From: a virus
Taxonomy: Duplodnaviria > Caudoviricetes
IMG/VR virus record: IMGVR_UViG_3300020465_001196
Reading direction: 5' to 3' (one strand)
DNA: 64,000 bases
The position numbers were made by a program, and so were the translations under genes. The notes under the pieces were generated by a model. It was not told the DNA's origin. It ran no database searches and saw only the letters and a list, made by a program, of their open reading frames with translations. Positions 28,839 to 36,370 of this stretch are shown piece after piece; position 1 is the stretch's first letter, and every line of letters starts with the position of its first letter.

Positions 28839-29365
28839 TACGCAACCTCCCCTAGTTTGTAACTTCTTTTTAATATATCGATATGATCTTTAACAGCATC
28901 TATTTCTAAAGACTTAAACGGTCCTTCAACATACTTGCCATTGTCTGTGTATATCGATTCTGAATAAAACCAAGTGCCAATTGGATTACCTAAATAATCT
29001 TTATGACCCGTATCTTTCATTAGATAAACAAATTGCTCACCCGACTTAAATCCGTTAGCAATAAAGTCTGCTTCATCTTTGTACACTTTGTACCCGCAGT
29101 TCTTCTCGCCTCTGTCTCTGCCATAATAAACATTTTGCACTTCGTATAATGGATCTTGTCTGTTGTCAAAATCAATTTTGTTTCCAACAATCATTCCCCA
29201 TTTACTTGCGTCGCCAAGTTTAATTGCTTCTGTTACTTTCTTAGGGTCAGTCCAATAATCAATTAAGTTATAGCCCAAGCCGCCTGTATAGCCGTCCCAG
29301 TGTTGATAACTTGCTATGATTCTTCCTGACTTTTGTTGTATTCCTATTCTAGCTCTAGTTGACAT
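28838..29365 (-). CDS. Conserved phage protein (MSTRARIG...YQHWDGY family)
   Basis: Motif recalled from large phages; coupled ORF. Confidence 0.65.
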   Translation of the reverse strand: MSTRARIGIQQKSGRIIASYQHWDGYTGGLGYNLIDYWTDPKKVTEAIKLGDASKWGMIVGNKIDFDNRQDPLYEVQNVYYGRDRGEKNCGYKVYKDEADFIANGFKSGEQFVYLMKDTGHKDYLGNPIGTWFYSESIYTDNGKYVEGPFKSLEIDAVKDHIDILKRSYKLGEVA

Positions 29366-29565
29366 TACGCTTCCCTCCTATTTGCAAATAATATTGCAGT
29401 ACCAGTTGTCATAAACGCAACACCTATACCAACCAGCATAAGCATTTCTGGTAAAGTGTTTGCAGTTTCCATACACTTGCCATCGCAGTCGTTAGCACTA
29501 CCCGCCATTACTATAAGTCCTATGGCAATTAGTATTGTTGCTAAAGTATTAAAAATGTTTTTCAT
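29365..29565 (-). CDS. Small membrane protein with DCDGKC motif
   Basis: Two hydrophobic segments flanking a Cys pair. Confidence 0.6.
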   Translation of the reverse strand: MKNIFNTLATILIAIGLIVMAGSANDCDGKCMETANTLPEMLMLVGIGVAFMTTGTAILFANRREA

Positions 29566-29590
29566 TGTTTGTTCCTTTTGTTATATTATT

Positions 29591-29618
29591 AATATAGCAT
29601 AGGTTTCTATGTTGTCAA
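29591..29618 (-). promoter_or_regulatory. Early sigma70-type promoter
   Basis: TTGACA-N16-TATATT; spacer holds CATAG-N4-CTATG palindrome. Confidence 0.8.
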
Positions 29619-29632
29619 CCATTAATTTTCCC

Positions 29633-29902
29633 TTATTTTGTGGGCGAATATGTGCCATCATCTTCGCAGTAAACCATAGGATCTACATATTCTTGCAGTT
29701 CTGCATGATCAACAACATTAACTCTAGGCTCGTTTTTACCTACTTTAACTGTCAAGTCAAATTCAGCATTACAAGCCAAGTCAGTTGCTTCATCCTCATC
29801 CTTTGCATCTACATCAACCCAAACAATGTAAGGTATGCCAATGCTGTATTTTTTATATGGTGATTTAAGATATGCTGTTTCTTCTTCTTGAGTCCAAACC
29901 AT
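29633..29902 (-). CDS. Hypothetical protein
   Basis: VDVDAKDEDEATDLA motif. Confidence 0.55.
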   Translation of the reverse strand: MVWTQEEETAYLKSPYKKYSIGIPYIVWVDVDAKDEDEATDLACNAEFDLTVKVGKNEPRVNVVDHAELQEYVDPMVYCEDDGTYSPTK

Positions 29903-30069
29903 TATTCTTCCTCCTGTACATCAACTGTTATTGTATAACTAATTCCTGTTATACCAGGACTATCTTTGAAATATTTGTGTTCTCTAACAGCTTCCCATAT
30001 TATTTCAGAAACTGTTTCTTTATCTCTTTTATTAAAGTTTTCGTTGATTCCTATTATTTGCTTTGGCAT
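29902..30069 (-). CDS. 55 aa hypothetical protein
   Basis: MPKQIIGINE... fills the gap with coupled start/stop; not in the ORF track. Confidence 0.5.
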   Translation of the reverse strand: MPKQIIGINENFNKRDKETVSEIIWEAVREHKYFKDSPGITGISYTITVDVQEEE

Positions 30070-30383
30070 ATTGGATCCTCCTCATATGGTTCCCATGGTA
30101 GCTCTCCATCTTCGTACAGCTGAAACCATCTTCCTTCTGCACCATCAAGCCACTCATCTCTTAATTGTTGTTTAGTATATTTGTGAAAGCCTCTAAAGCC
30201 TCCCTCGAGTATATAAATTAATGTTTCGCTTTGCGGATCCATATCGTCAGTTATATCTTTGTACTCGACTTGTATCAATCGTTCAGCTAATACATAATGC
30301 GTTAAGAAGTGACCCTCCTTATCGACGATCACTTCTTCATCAGCACTACAATCTCTATAGTCTACAGGTAAGTTATTTGGCAT
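30054..30383 (-). CDS. Hypothetical protein
   Basis: Start MPNNL at 30383 after GAGGA (ORF track 30449). Confidence 0.55.
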   Translation of the reverse strand: MPNNLPVDYRDCSADEEVIVDKEGHFLTHYVLAERLIQVEYKDITDDMDPQSETLIYILEGGFRGFHKYTKQQLRDEWLDGAEGRWFQLYEDGELPWEPYEEDPICQSK

Positions 30384-30969
30384 TCGCTTCTTCCTTTTCC
30401 TCTGCTTCATATTCAATAAGTCTTTCAACGCAACCCATATAGTCATCAATCAACTTACCATCTTCTGTATCCCAAAAGTCTGAATCTGATCTAGGTCCAT
30501 CTTCGCTACAATTATAGCAACGATCATCAAAGTCTTCATACACACCCATGAAGTCACAACCTGGTTCGTAATATACTAGACGAATTGAAACATCATCATT
30601 ATTAGTAAGGTAATGTTCTATAGCCCCTAATGGTGGTGCCCAAGCACTATCAAAACCAAAGTCGACTTTCTTATCTCCATCGTCTTTACCAAATAGTTCT
30701 TCTTGTTCTTGTATTGAACCTTCGTAGATATCTACATCCCATTTGGTACCCCAATTGTCTACTCGCCAATCGTACCAGTTGTTATGTCCGTCCACGGTAG
30801 GTTGTTTCTTCATTACCTTTTCATCACTTGTGCTTTGCGTATCTTCAAGTTGTTTAGGCATTGGATAGAGTGCGTTTACGAACTCACCCTTTTTTGCACT
30901 ATCAACAAGTTTGTCAACCTTTGCTTTAGGTCCAACTATTGAGATATTATTATTACACCAATTTGGCAT
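30373..30969 (-). CDS. DUF1281/Api92-like ferredoxin-fold protein
   Basis: MPNWCNN, WYDWRVDNWGTKWD, FDSAWAPP, YYEPGCDFMG. Confidence 0.75.
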   Translation of the reverse strand: MPNWCNNNISIVGPKAKVDKLVDSAKKGEFVNALYPMPKQLEDTQSTSDEKVMKKQPTVDGHNNWYDWRVDNWGTKWDVDIYEGSIQEQEELFGKDDGDKKVDFGFDSAWAPPLGAIEHYLTNNDDVSIRLVYYEPGCDFMGVYEDFDDRCYNCSEDGPRSDSDFWDTEDGKLIDDYMGCVERLIEYEAEEKEEANAK

Positions 30970-31184
30970 TATTGCTCCTCTCCTGGTTTGTTGATTAATT
31001 GAACATACTCACAAAAGTTATGTTCAAATACCGTAAGCAAATCATTATATGATCCTTGCATCATATCAACAACAATGCCTTCGGTCTTGTCCATAGGAAA
31101 CGCAAGTTGCTTACCTAAAGATTTTGCAATCCCTATCAATGCGTATGCGTTGCCTTGTGGTCCTTGTAAGTCTATAGTTTGCAT
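30969..31184 (-). CDS. Conserved phage protein (IDLQGPQGNAYAL motif)
   Basis: Motif; first gene behind early promoter. Confidence 0.65.
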   Translation of the reverse strand: MQTIDLQGPQGNAYALIGIAKSLGKQLAFPMDKTEGIVVDMMQGSYNDLLTVFEHNFCEYVQLINKPGEEQ

Positions 31185-31218
31185 TTTTTCTGCTCCTTTT
31201 TAAGTTAAACTATAATTA

Positions 31219-31246
31219 AATATAACATAGAAACCTATATTGTCAA
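31219..31246 (-). promoter_or_regulatory. Early sigma70-type promoter
   Basis: TTGACA-N16-TATATT. Confidence 0.8.
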
Positions 31247-31326
31247 CCATTTATTTTAGTCTAAATACCCCAAAAAAATGTAATGATTTCAATGACTTAC
31301 GTGAGGCATTTTTATTAAAAAGAGGC

Positions 31327-31354
31327 TTGACATAACAGTATACTGTGTTATAGT
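31327..31354 (+). promoter_or_regulatory. Early sigma70-type promoter, divergent from 31219-31246
   Basis: TTGACA-N16-TATAGT. Confidence 0.8.
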
Positions 31355-31386
31355 TAATAATACAATTTACAACAAAAGGAGCAGTA

Positions 31387-31974
31387 ATGTATACAACACA
31401 ACAAGTACAAGCAGGTATTAAGTTTTTGCAGAATGCTAATGTTAACATGGAAGTAGAGTATGATGGTGATGAGAAGCAAATACACATACACATACATACT
31501 CCTGAGGGCACTCGTTTTTGGACTAGTGGAGATAGCATATGGAGTGACAGGGGTGTTAAAAAAGGTGTACTAGTAGAAGGTATTGGTATGTGTGCTACGT
31601 ACACAGACTACGAAGAAGACAACTATTGGAGTGGAGGACTTGCGGGCAACATTAACTATGATGGTAGTGGAAAAAACGGCACATGGTATGATGGAATTGA
31701 CGATCCCTCTGCGTTAATTAATAGGAACCCTAGTAAAGCAAGTGATGGATTAATTTATACAGACTATGGCTTTATTGAGAATGCATTTAAATATATGGAA
31801 GAGCATTGCGACTTTAACAGCAAACTGTTAAGGGAAAAGTTTTTAGACTTTGACTATAGCGAACAGGGAATGCAAGATGAGGGTAACGTTAACTTAGACG
31901 TTGACTTAGATGGAGACTTTTGGATACATTGTAATGACGAGTTAGTAAAGTTTACAGCAACTAAAGTTGCATAA
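31387..31974 (+). CDS. Acidic early hypothetical protein
   Basis: AAGGAG SD; own promoter and terminator. Confidence 0.7.
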   Translation: MYTTQQVQAGIKFLQNANVNMEVEYDGDEKQIHIHIHTPEGTRFWTSGDSIWSDRGVKKGVLVEGIGMCATYTDYEEDNYWSGGLAGNINYDGSGKNGTWYDGIDDPSALINRNPSKASDGLIYTDYGFIENAFKYMEEHCDFNSKLLREKFLDFDYSEQGMQDEGNVNLDVDLDGDFWIHCNDELVKFTATKVA

Positions 31975-31986
31975 CACGTAAAAAGA

Positions 31987-32022
31987 AAAAGCCCCTTTGC
32001 TAAATGCATTAGGGCTTTTTTT
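31987..32022 (+). terminator. Intrinsic terminator, probably bidirectional
   Basis: AAAAGCCC...GGGCTTTTTTT between convergent genes. Confidence 0.7.
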
Positions 32023-32033
32023 ATGATTTAAAT

Positions 32034-32147
32034 TTAATTTAAGATTAAAGGGCCGAATAGGATCAGCAGTAACATTCCTGGCACAACTATAGTCATGGGC
32101 CAGAAATGCAGTAACTCTAATAATGCACGTTTAGTACTTCTCTTCAC
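32034..32147 (-). CDS. 37 aa membrane microprotein (GTG start)
   Basis: GGAGG SD; start overlaps the preceding TGA. Confidence 0.45.
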   Translation of the reverse strand: MKRSTKRALLELLHFWPMTIVVPGMLLLILFGPLILN

Positions 32148-32485
32148 GCAACCTCCAAGAAAGCTTCGTTGATTGGCTCCCAATCAATACCGTTATCGCT
32201 ATAGTGCCATACACCTTTCATGTGTACAAACAAACCTTCTAGGTTCTCTTTGTTCTTTACACCGCTGATTTGCGTACATAAAGGATCACCATAACCATCT
32301 ATACCAGCATGATCATCAACTAGATCCCATTGAGCTAAATGTACAAAGTACTTGGCATCCTTATGTGTAGGTGCAACCTTTTGCAATTGTTCAGCAAGTT
32401 GTACAGCTGAATCCTTTTGATACAATGTAGAAGTAACCGATTCACGCACATTGTAGTAACCAACTCTAAAGTTTTTTATTTCCAT
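32144..32485 (-). CDS. Early hypothetical protein
   Basis: GAGG SD; own promoter. Confidence 0.65.
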   Translation of the reverse strand: MEIKNFRVGYYNVRESVTSTLYQKDSAVQLAEQLQKVAPTHKDAKYFVHLAQWDLVDDHAGIDGYGDPLCTQISGVKNKENLEGLFVHMKGVWHYSDNGIDWEPINEAFLEVA

Positions 32486-32512
32486 ATGTTATATTCCTCT
32501 CTGTTATTATTA

Positions 32513-32540
32513 ATAATAGCACGAGTTACAGATCTGTCAA
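32513..32540 (-). promoter_or_regulatory. Early sigma70-type promoter
   Basis: TTGACA-N16-TATTAT. Confidence 0.8.
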
Positions 32541-32577
32541 GTGTAAAAATTCCTTCCATTTTACACTACAAATTGTA

Positions 32578-32605
32578 TTGACGTAACGTGTAACTATGCT
32601 ATAAT
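32578..32605 (+). promoter_or_regulatory. Early sigma70-type promoter
   Basis: TTGACG-N16-TATAAT. Confidence 0.8.
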
Positions 32606-32625
32606 TTAAATAAAGAAAGGAACAA

Positions 32626-32838
32626 ATGGGAATAATATCTAAAGAGGCCGTAGATCTCTTAAACAAACTATGCAAATATAAATCATATACAGTACATCAC
32701 AAATATGCTAGACCTAGTCGTATACAGTTTAGATTAAAAAGAGATGCTAAAAAGTACTGTATACAACATAACCTAGATCACAGTAGCAGTTGGGTCTTAA
32801 CAACTTGTCATCATTATATTAAACCTAAAATAAAATAA
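32626..32838 (+). CDS. Small basic early protein
   Basis: AAGGA SD; own promoter. Confidence 0.6.
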   Translation: MGIISKEAVDLLNKLCKYKSYTVHHKYARPSRIQFRLKRDAKKYCIQHNLDHSSSWVLTTCHHYIKPKIK

Positions 32839-32847
32839 ATTAGGCTC

Positions 32848-32875
32848 TTGACAATATAGAAACCTATGCTATTAT
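32848..32875 (+). promoter_or_regulatory. Early sigma70-type promoter with no downstream ORF
   Basis: TTGACA-N16-TATTAT. Confidence 0.75.
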
Positions 32876-32880
32876 AATAT

Positions 32881-32966
32881 TATATCCGGTCGTAATTAAC
32901 TAGAGCAGAGAAAATTTAGAAAGAAAAGATCGTTACTCAAAGGTTGGGCCGAACTCTGACCTTTTT
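32881..32966 (+). ncRNA. Candidate ~85-nt small RNA
   Basis: Strong promoter upstream, no ATG, ends in hairpin AGGTTGGG/CTCTGACCT followed by TTTT. Confidence 0.4.
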
Positions 32967-33139
32967 ACCATGGCACATGATATAGTCATGACTTGACTAC
33001 ATATTGTTTGTCGCTGTTGTTCGCCGCGGTAAGTCATTGAAATTATTAGTCTTTTTTCACACAAGATGTTGTGTCGCGTTTATCACGATGATCACTATAT
33101 CTAGTGGCCAATTGTTACTGTACAGCAATGCGTACAGAC

Positions 33140-33236
33140 TGTTGTATTTTTGCAACACTCTGTGACTAATGTGTTGTAATTATGCAACACCCGAAATCTG
33201 TTGTATTTTTGCAACAGGTGTTGCAATTGTGCAACT
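33140..33236. repeat. Four 18-bp palindromic operators TGTTGYAWWWWTGCAAC(A/T)
   Basis: Copies at 33140, 33172, 33199, 33219. Confidence 0.75.
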
Positions 33237-33239
33237 CAT

Positions 33240-33545
33240 CAAAAACCCCAGAATTTCTCAACCTCCCGGCCCCTTCTCTCCTCTTTGAACCTATCCCCTC
33301 TTTGAGGCCCTTTGAACCTCTTTGAAGCCTTTGAGTGCTTTGAACCGCTTTGAGTGTCTTTGAGTGCTTTGAACGTCTTTGAAGGTGTAGCTGTTATCAC
33401 CTAACCATCCCCGTCATAACAGCTACTAGTATCTCTGGGCTCCATCATCTTTGTTGTAACACTGACCGCTGAGCATACTGAGTATACCAACTTGATCAAA
33501 ACAGTTCAGCACGGTTAGGATGTGTAACTCCTTCGATCCATAATG
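33240..33545 (-). ncRNA. Candidate structured RNA: ~165-nt folded domain plus UCAAAG repeat tail
   Basis: Own promoter; 11-bp perfect stem 33387-33397/33416-33426; 7-nt loop complementarity 33400-33406/33513-33519; closing helix 33381-33386/33529-33534; 3' end is an estimate. Confidence 0.45.
33283..33382. repeat. Ten CTTTGA copies, nine of them at 9-10 bp period
   Basis: 33283, 33300, 33310, 33320, 33329, 33338, 33348, 33358, 33367, 33377. Confidence 0.85.
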
Positions 33546-33551
33546 TTATTT

Positions 33552-33580
33552 AATATAGCAGTATACGATCATCATGTCAA
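33552..33580 (-). promoter_or_regulatory. Sigma70-type promoter with no long downstream ORF
   Basis: TTGACA-N17-TATATT. Confidence 0.75.
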
Positions 33581-33754
33581 CCATTTAATTAGTCTCGGAG
33601 AGACCACTAGATATAGTCATAATTAAATGAGGCCATTTTCAGAGGCTATAGGGGCCACCACAACATATAGTCATGGTGAAACCTACGCAGGTCTGGCGTA
33701 AATGACTACATATAGTCTCGGGGTTGACAATATCCTGACTAATCCTGGGATCCC

Positions 33755-33809
33755 TACAGCGGGGTCTGTATATGTTACAGCGGGGTCTACCGGCTTTACA
33801 GCGGGGTCT
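33755..33809. repeat. Three iteron-like TACAGCGGGGTCT repeats at exact 21-bp period
   Basis: Copies at 33755, 33776, 33797. Confidence 0.85.
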
Positions 33810-34210
33810 TCGCTATACAGCGTATATAAGATGATCACATATTCAAGCGAACAAATGATCAGGGGCCACAATCGTATGTGCTACGCCATGCAAAGAGTGA
33901 AACGTTTTGCATAAGAGCACATATGAAGCCGAAGGCCTGTGCGAAGCACAGTTGCAAGGAAGAGGTACGCTCTGTTTGTGAGCCATATGGCCATGGTAGG
34001 AAGCGATGATCAATGGTGATTATATGGTTAAGAGGCCATGGTTTACAGCATAGGTAATTACTTTTTTGATGGTGAAAAACGGGTAATGAGAGACGCGGTT
34101 TCTCTTTTTGAGTACCCTGTAATCATCATGCTCTGTATACTGTCTTATAGTGTTCATCTTGTACTATTCACTAGTATGTCGTATAGTGTGTCATTGAGTG
34201 TAATCGTGCT

Positions 34211-34525
34211 TTAACTAGGAAAGAAAAGCGTTTTTAATTGACGTGAATATTTCTTTATATCGTCTATTAATTCAATCTTTATTGGCTTCAAGTAGTTTTT
34301 GCAGAGATCATACCAGTAAATCCCTGAACTTCTTAAGGCATCATTTGCACATCTTAGACGCTCTAGTTTACGTGTGATTTTGATGATTTCTCTTCTTCTA
34401 ATAGTGAGGTGTTCTGCCCGCAAATTGTTGAGATCTTCTATGCAATCATCTATAATAGGACAGGTATGATCAGGGACTTTGGGTGCTTTTTTCTTCCATT
34501 TTGACCAATGCTTGTTAGTAGCCAT
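34211..34525 (-). CDS. Hypothetical protein (KAPKVPDHTCPIID)
   Basis: 104 aa ORF; late-type TAAGTA upstream. Confidence 0.6.
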   Translation of the reverse strand: MATNKHWSKWKKKAPKVPDHTCPIIDDCIEDLNNLRAEHLTIRRREIIKITRKLERLRCANDALRSSGIYWYDLCKNYLKPIKIELIDDIKKYSRQLKTLFFPS

Positions 34526-34595
34526 CAGCTGTATCTCCCTGCTAATAGTACTTAATGAGATTGAGGGTATGGATTAAAATTAATGTTAATTAATT

Positions 34596-34994
34596 CTATT
34601 GATTATCGGCTTCTTGTGCTTTTAAACGTTCGTTAATGTCCGTTAACTCTTGTTCTAAATCATTTATCATGAACTCTGCAGTCTGTACATCGTTGTTTAG
34701 TGCAGTTACTTTGGCTTCTAAATCAGCATTATAAGCCTTCATATCTGATAATGTGTTCAAATATATAGTTGCTTCATCCTCTAATTCACGTATTTTTTTA
34801 GCCGCGGAAGTTAATGCTTTCTCTAAGGCTACGACTTCTAGTTGTACTGTATTATAAGATTGTTCTGCCGCAGTAGCAATCATTTTGTACGAACTTACTC
34901 GCGAACCCTGATAGAATATTACAGCAATTAATATGATAATTCCTATCGCTTGAGCTACACCCATTTTAAATAATTCACGTATTTTCTTTTCCAT
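34596..34994 (-). CDS. Membrane-anchored coiled-coil protein
   Basis: N-terminal TM then long heptad region; start uncertain (34964 or 34994). Confidence 0.6.
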   Translation of the reverse strand: MEKKIRELFKMGVAQAIGIIILIAVIFYQGSRVSSYKMIATAAEQSYNTVQLEVVALEKALTSAAKKIRELEDEATIYLNTLSDMKAYNADLEAKVTALNNDVQTAEFMINDLEQELTDINERLKAQEADNQ

Positions 34995-35086
34995 ATATAA
35001 AATATAGCAGTTTTCCAAGAAAAAATCAACCATTTATTTTCTATGCCAAAATTAAATGACATCATTTTCGGTGCTAAATATAATGT

Positions 35087-35380
35087 ATGCAAAAAAAATA
35101 CCATCATTTAATTGAGAAGTTAAAACTAGATCATAAAAAATACCGTGAATTAATTAATGAATGTCATCGCATAGTAGAGAAAATACTCGAAATAGATGAC
35201 CATTTAGATGACTTGTATTCAATGGAAAACTATGATGAAGATGTTGAGCAAGGCTATTGGGAAGGCCGTGATCATTTAATGGGTCACTTAGATGAAAATT
35301 GGGATCAATTAAAAAGCATGGGAATCACCATGAGCAAACAAGAATACTTCGACCTTATAGATTACCAAAATGTGCGATAA
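35087..35380 (+). CDS. Hypothetical protein
   Basis: TAAATA upstream. Confidence 0.55.
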   Translation: MQKKYHHLIEKLKLDHKKYRELINECHRIVEKILEIDDHLDDLYSMENYDEDVEQGYWEGRDHLMGHLDENWDQLKSMGITMSKQEYFDLIDYQNVR

Positions 35381-35456
35381 ATACAGCAGTTAGTGGTCTA
35401 GTGGGCTTACTCGATCACTAACAATTAAACCCTATTTTAAATAAATACTAATCGCT

Positions 35457-35867
35457 ATGAAACGATTAGATGTATCAGATAACACTTCTATTAGTATGCC
35501 AATCCGTAATATGATTGCCATCATTGGTGCCGTATGTTTGGGTGTTTGGGCTTACTTTGGTGTTACTGAAAAGATCAATCAACATAGCACTACTCTACAA
35601 TTAATTGATAAAGAAATAAAAGCAAACACAGAATTTAGAATCAAATATCCACGTGGCGAATTAGGTCAATCACAAAACGATCTAGAACAATTTATGCTTA
35701 TTGAAGAACTATACAAGTCAGTGGAAAAAATGGAAAAAGTATTAGAATCAAATATGACTAACAAAGTTAACATTGACTTCTTATCTAAACAAGTTGAAAA
35801 GATGTTAAATGATATTGAAAAGTTAAAAGACAAGCAAAGAGATTTTGCTAATGGAGATCACCAATGA
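35457..35867 (+). CDS. Membrane coiled-coil protein of a type recalled from SAR11 phages
   Basis: SDNTSISMPIRNMIAII...GVWAYFGV. Confidence 0.6.
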   Translation: MKRLDVSDNTSISMPIRNMIAIIGAVCLGVWAYFGVTEKINQHSTTLQLIDKEIKANTEFRIKYPRGELGQSQNDLEQFMLIEELYKSVEKMEKVLESNMTNKVNIDFLSKQVEKMLNDIEKLKDKQRDFANGDHQ

Positions 35868-36076
35868 TTGAAACAGTTGTAGCCTTACTAATGTTTATTA
35901 ATAATGAAATTAAAGAACATAGAATACAAGATAGTATGGGTGTATGTTTAAGAGGTAAACGTACAGCAGAAAGACAGTATTCAGAAGGCGTAAAATACCA
36001 ATGCATCAAATCTAAAGCTGAACTAGAATTAAACATTGATGGTTCTAAAACAATTAAAGCATTAATATTAGAATAA
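35864..36076 (+). CDS. Small Cys-containing protein of a type recalled from SAR11 phages
   Basis: [10 protein letters not shown]...[16 protein letters not shown]. Confidence 0.6.
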   Translation: MIETVVALLMFINNEIKEHRIQDSMGVCLRGKRTAERQYSEGVKYQCIKSKAELELNIDGSKTIKALILE

Positions 36077-36137
36077 TTATCTATTTGTTTTACGCATAGC
36101 AGATATGCAGATAAATACTAGCTTACCAAAGGATATT

Positions 36138-36368
36138 ATGAAAAAAGATATACACCCTGACTATCATGAAATCACAGTTAAAAGAACTGATGGCTCTACG
36201 TTTAAAACTAAATCAACTTGGGGCAAAAAGGGTGATACCATGAATCTAGAAACTGATCCAACAGACCATCCAGCATGGAATCCTGGTAAGAAAGCAAGGA
36301 TGAAAGAAAAGGGTCGTGTTGCAAGTTTTCAATCTAGATATGGTAATATATTTTCTAAAAAGGATTAG
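36138..36368 (+). CDS. rpmE: 50S ribosomal protein L31 (bL31), Zn-free form
   Basis: [14 protein letters not shown]...[10 protein letters not shown]...DPTDHPAW...[11 protein letters not shown]; no Cys; start 36138 after AAGGA. Confidence 0.9.
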   Translation: MKKDIHPDYHEITVKRTDGSTFKTKSTWGKKGDTMNLETDPTDHPAWNPGKKARMKEKGRVASFQSRYGNIFSKKD

Positions 36369-36370
36369 TT

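Larger units (their letters stand above)
32973..33718. promoter_or_regulatory. Cluster of seven NrdR-box-like 16-mers
   Basis: 32973, 32994, 33059 (ACACAAGATGTTGTGT), 33092 (TCACTATATCTAGTGG), 33604, 33658, 33703; compared with consensus acaCwAtATaTwGtgt. Confidence 0.5.

Noticed and set aside
32080-32098. Additional NrdR-like site (GCACAACTATAGTCA)
   Set aside because: One base short of the consensus spacing and inside a probable small CDS
32981-33718. Group I intron core (GATATAGTC and GACTA resemble S and R elements)
   Set aside because: The motifs are repeated several times and palindromic, no P/Q elements were found and no gene is interrupted; operator sites explain them better
33724-33752. 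Plus-strand promoter at TTGACA
   Set aside because: No -10 element at 16-18 bp spacing
33683-33914. ORFs of 62 and 70 aa in the ORF track
   Set aside because: They are translations of the 21-bp repeats and operator sites, with no SD and atypical composition
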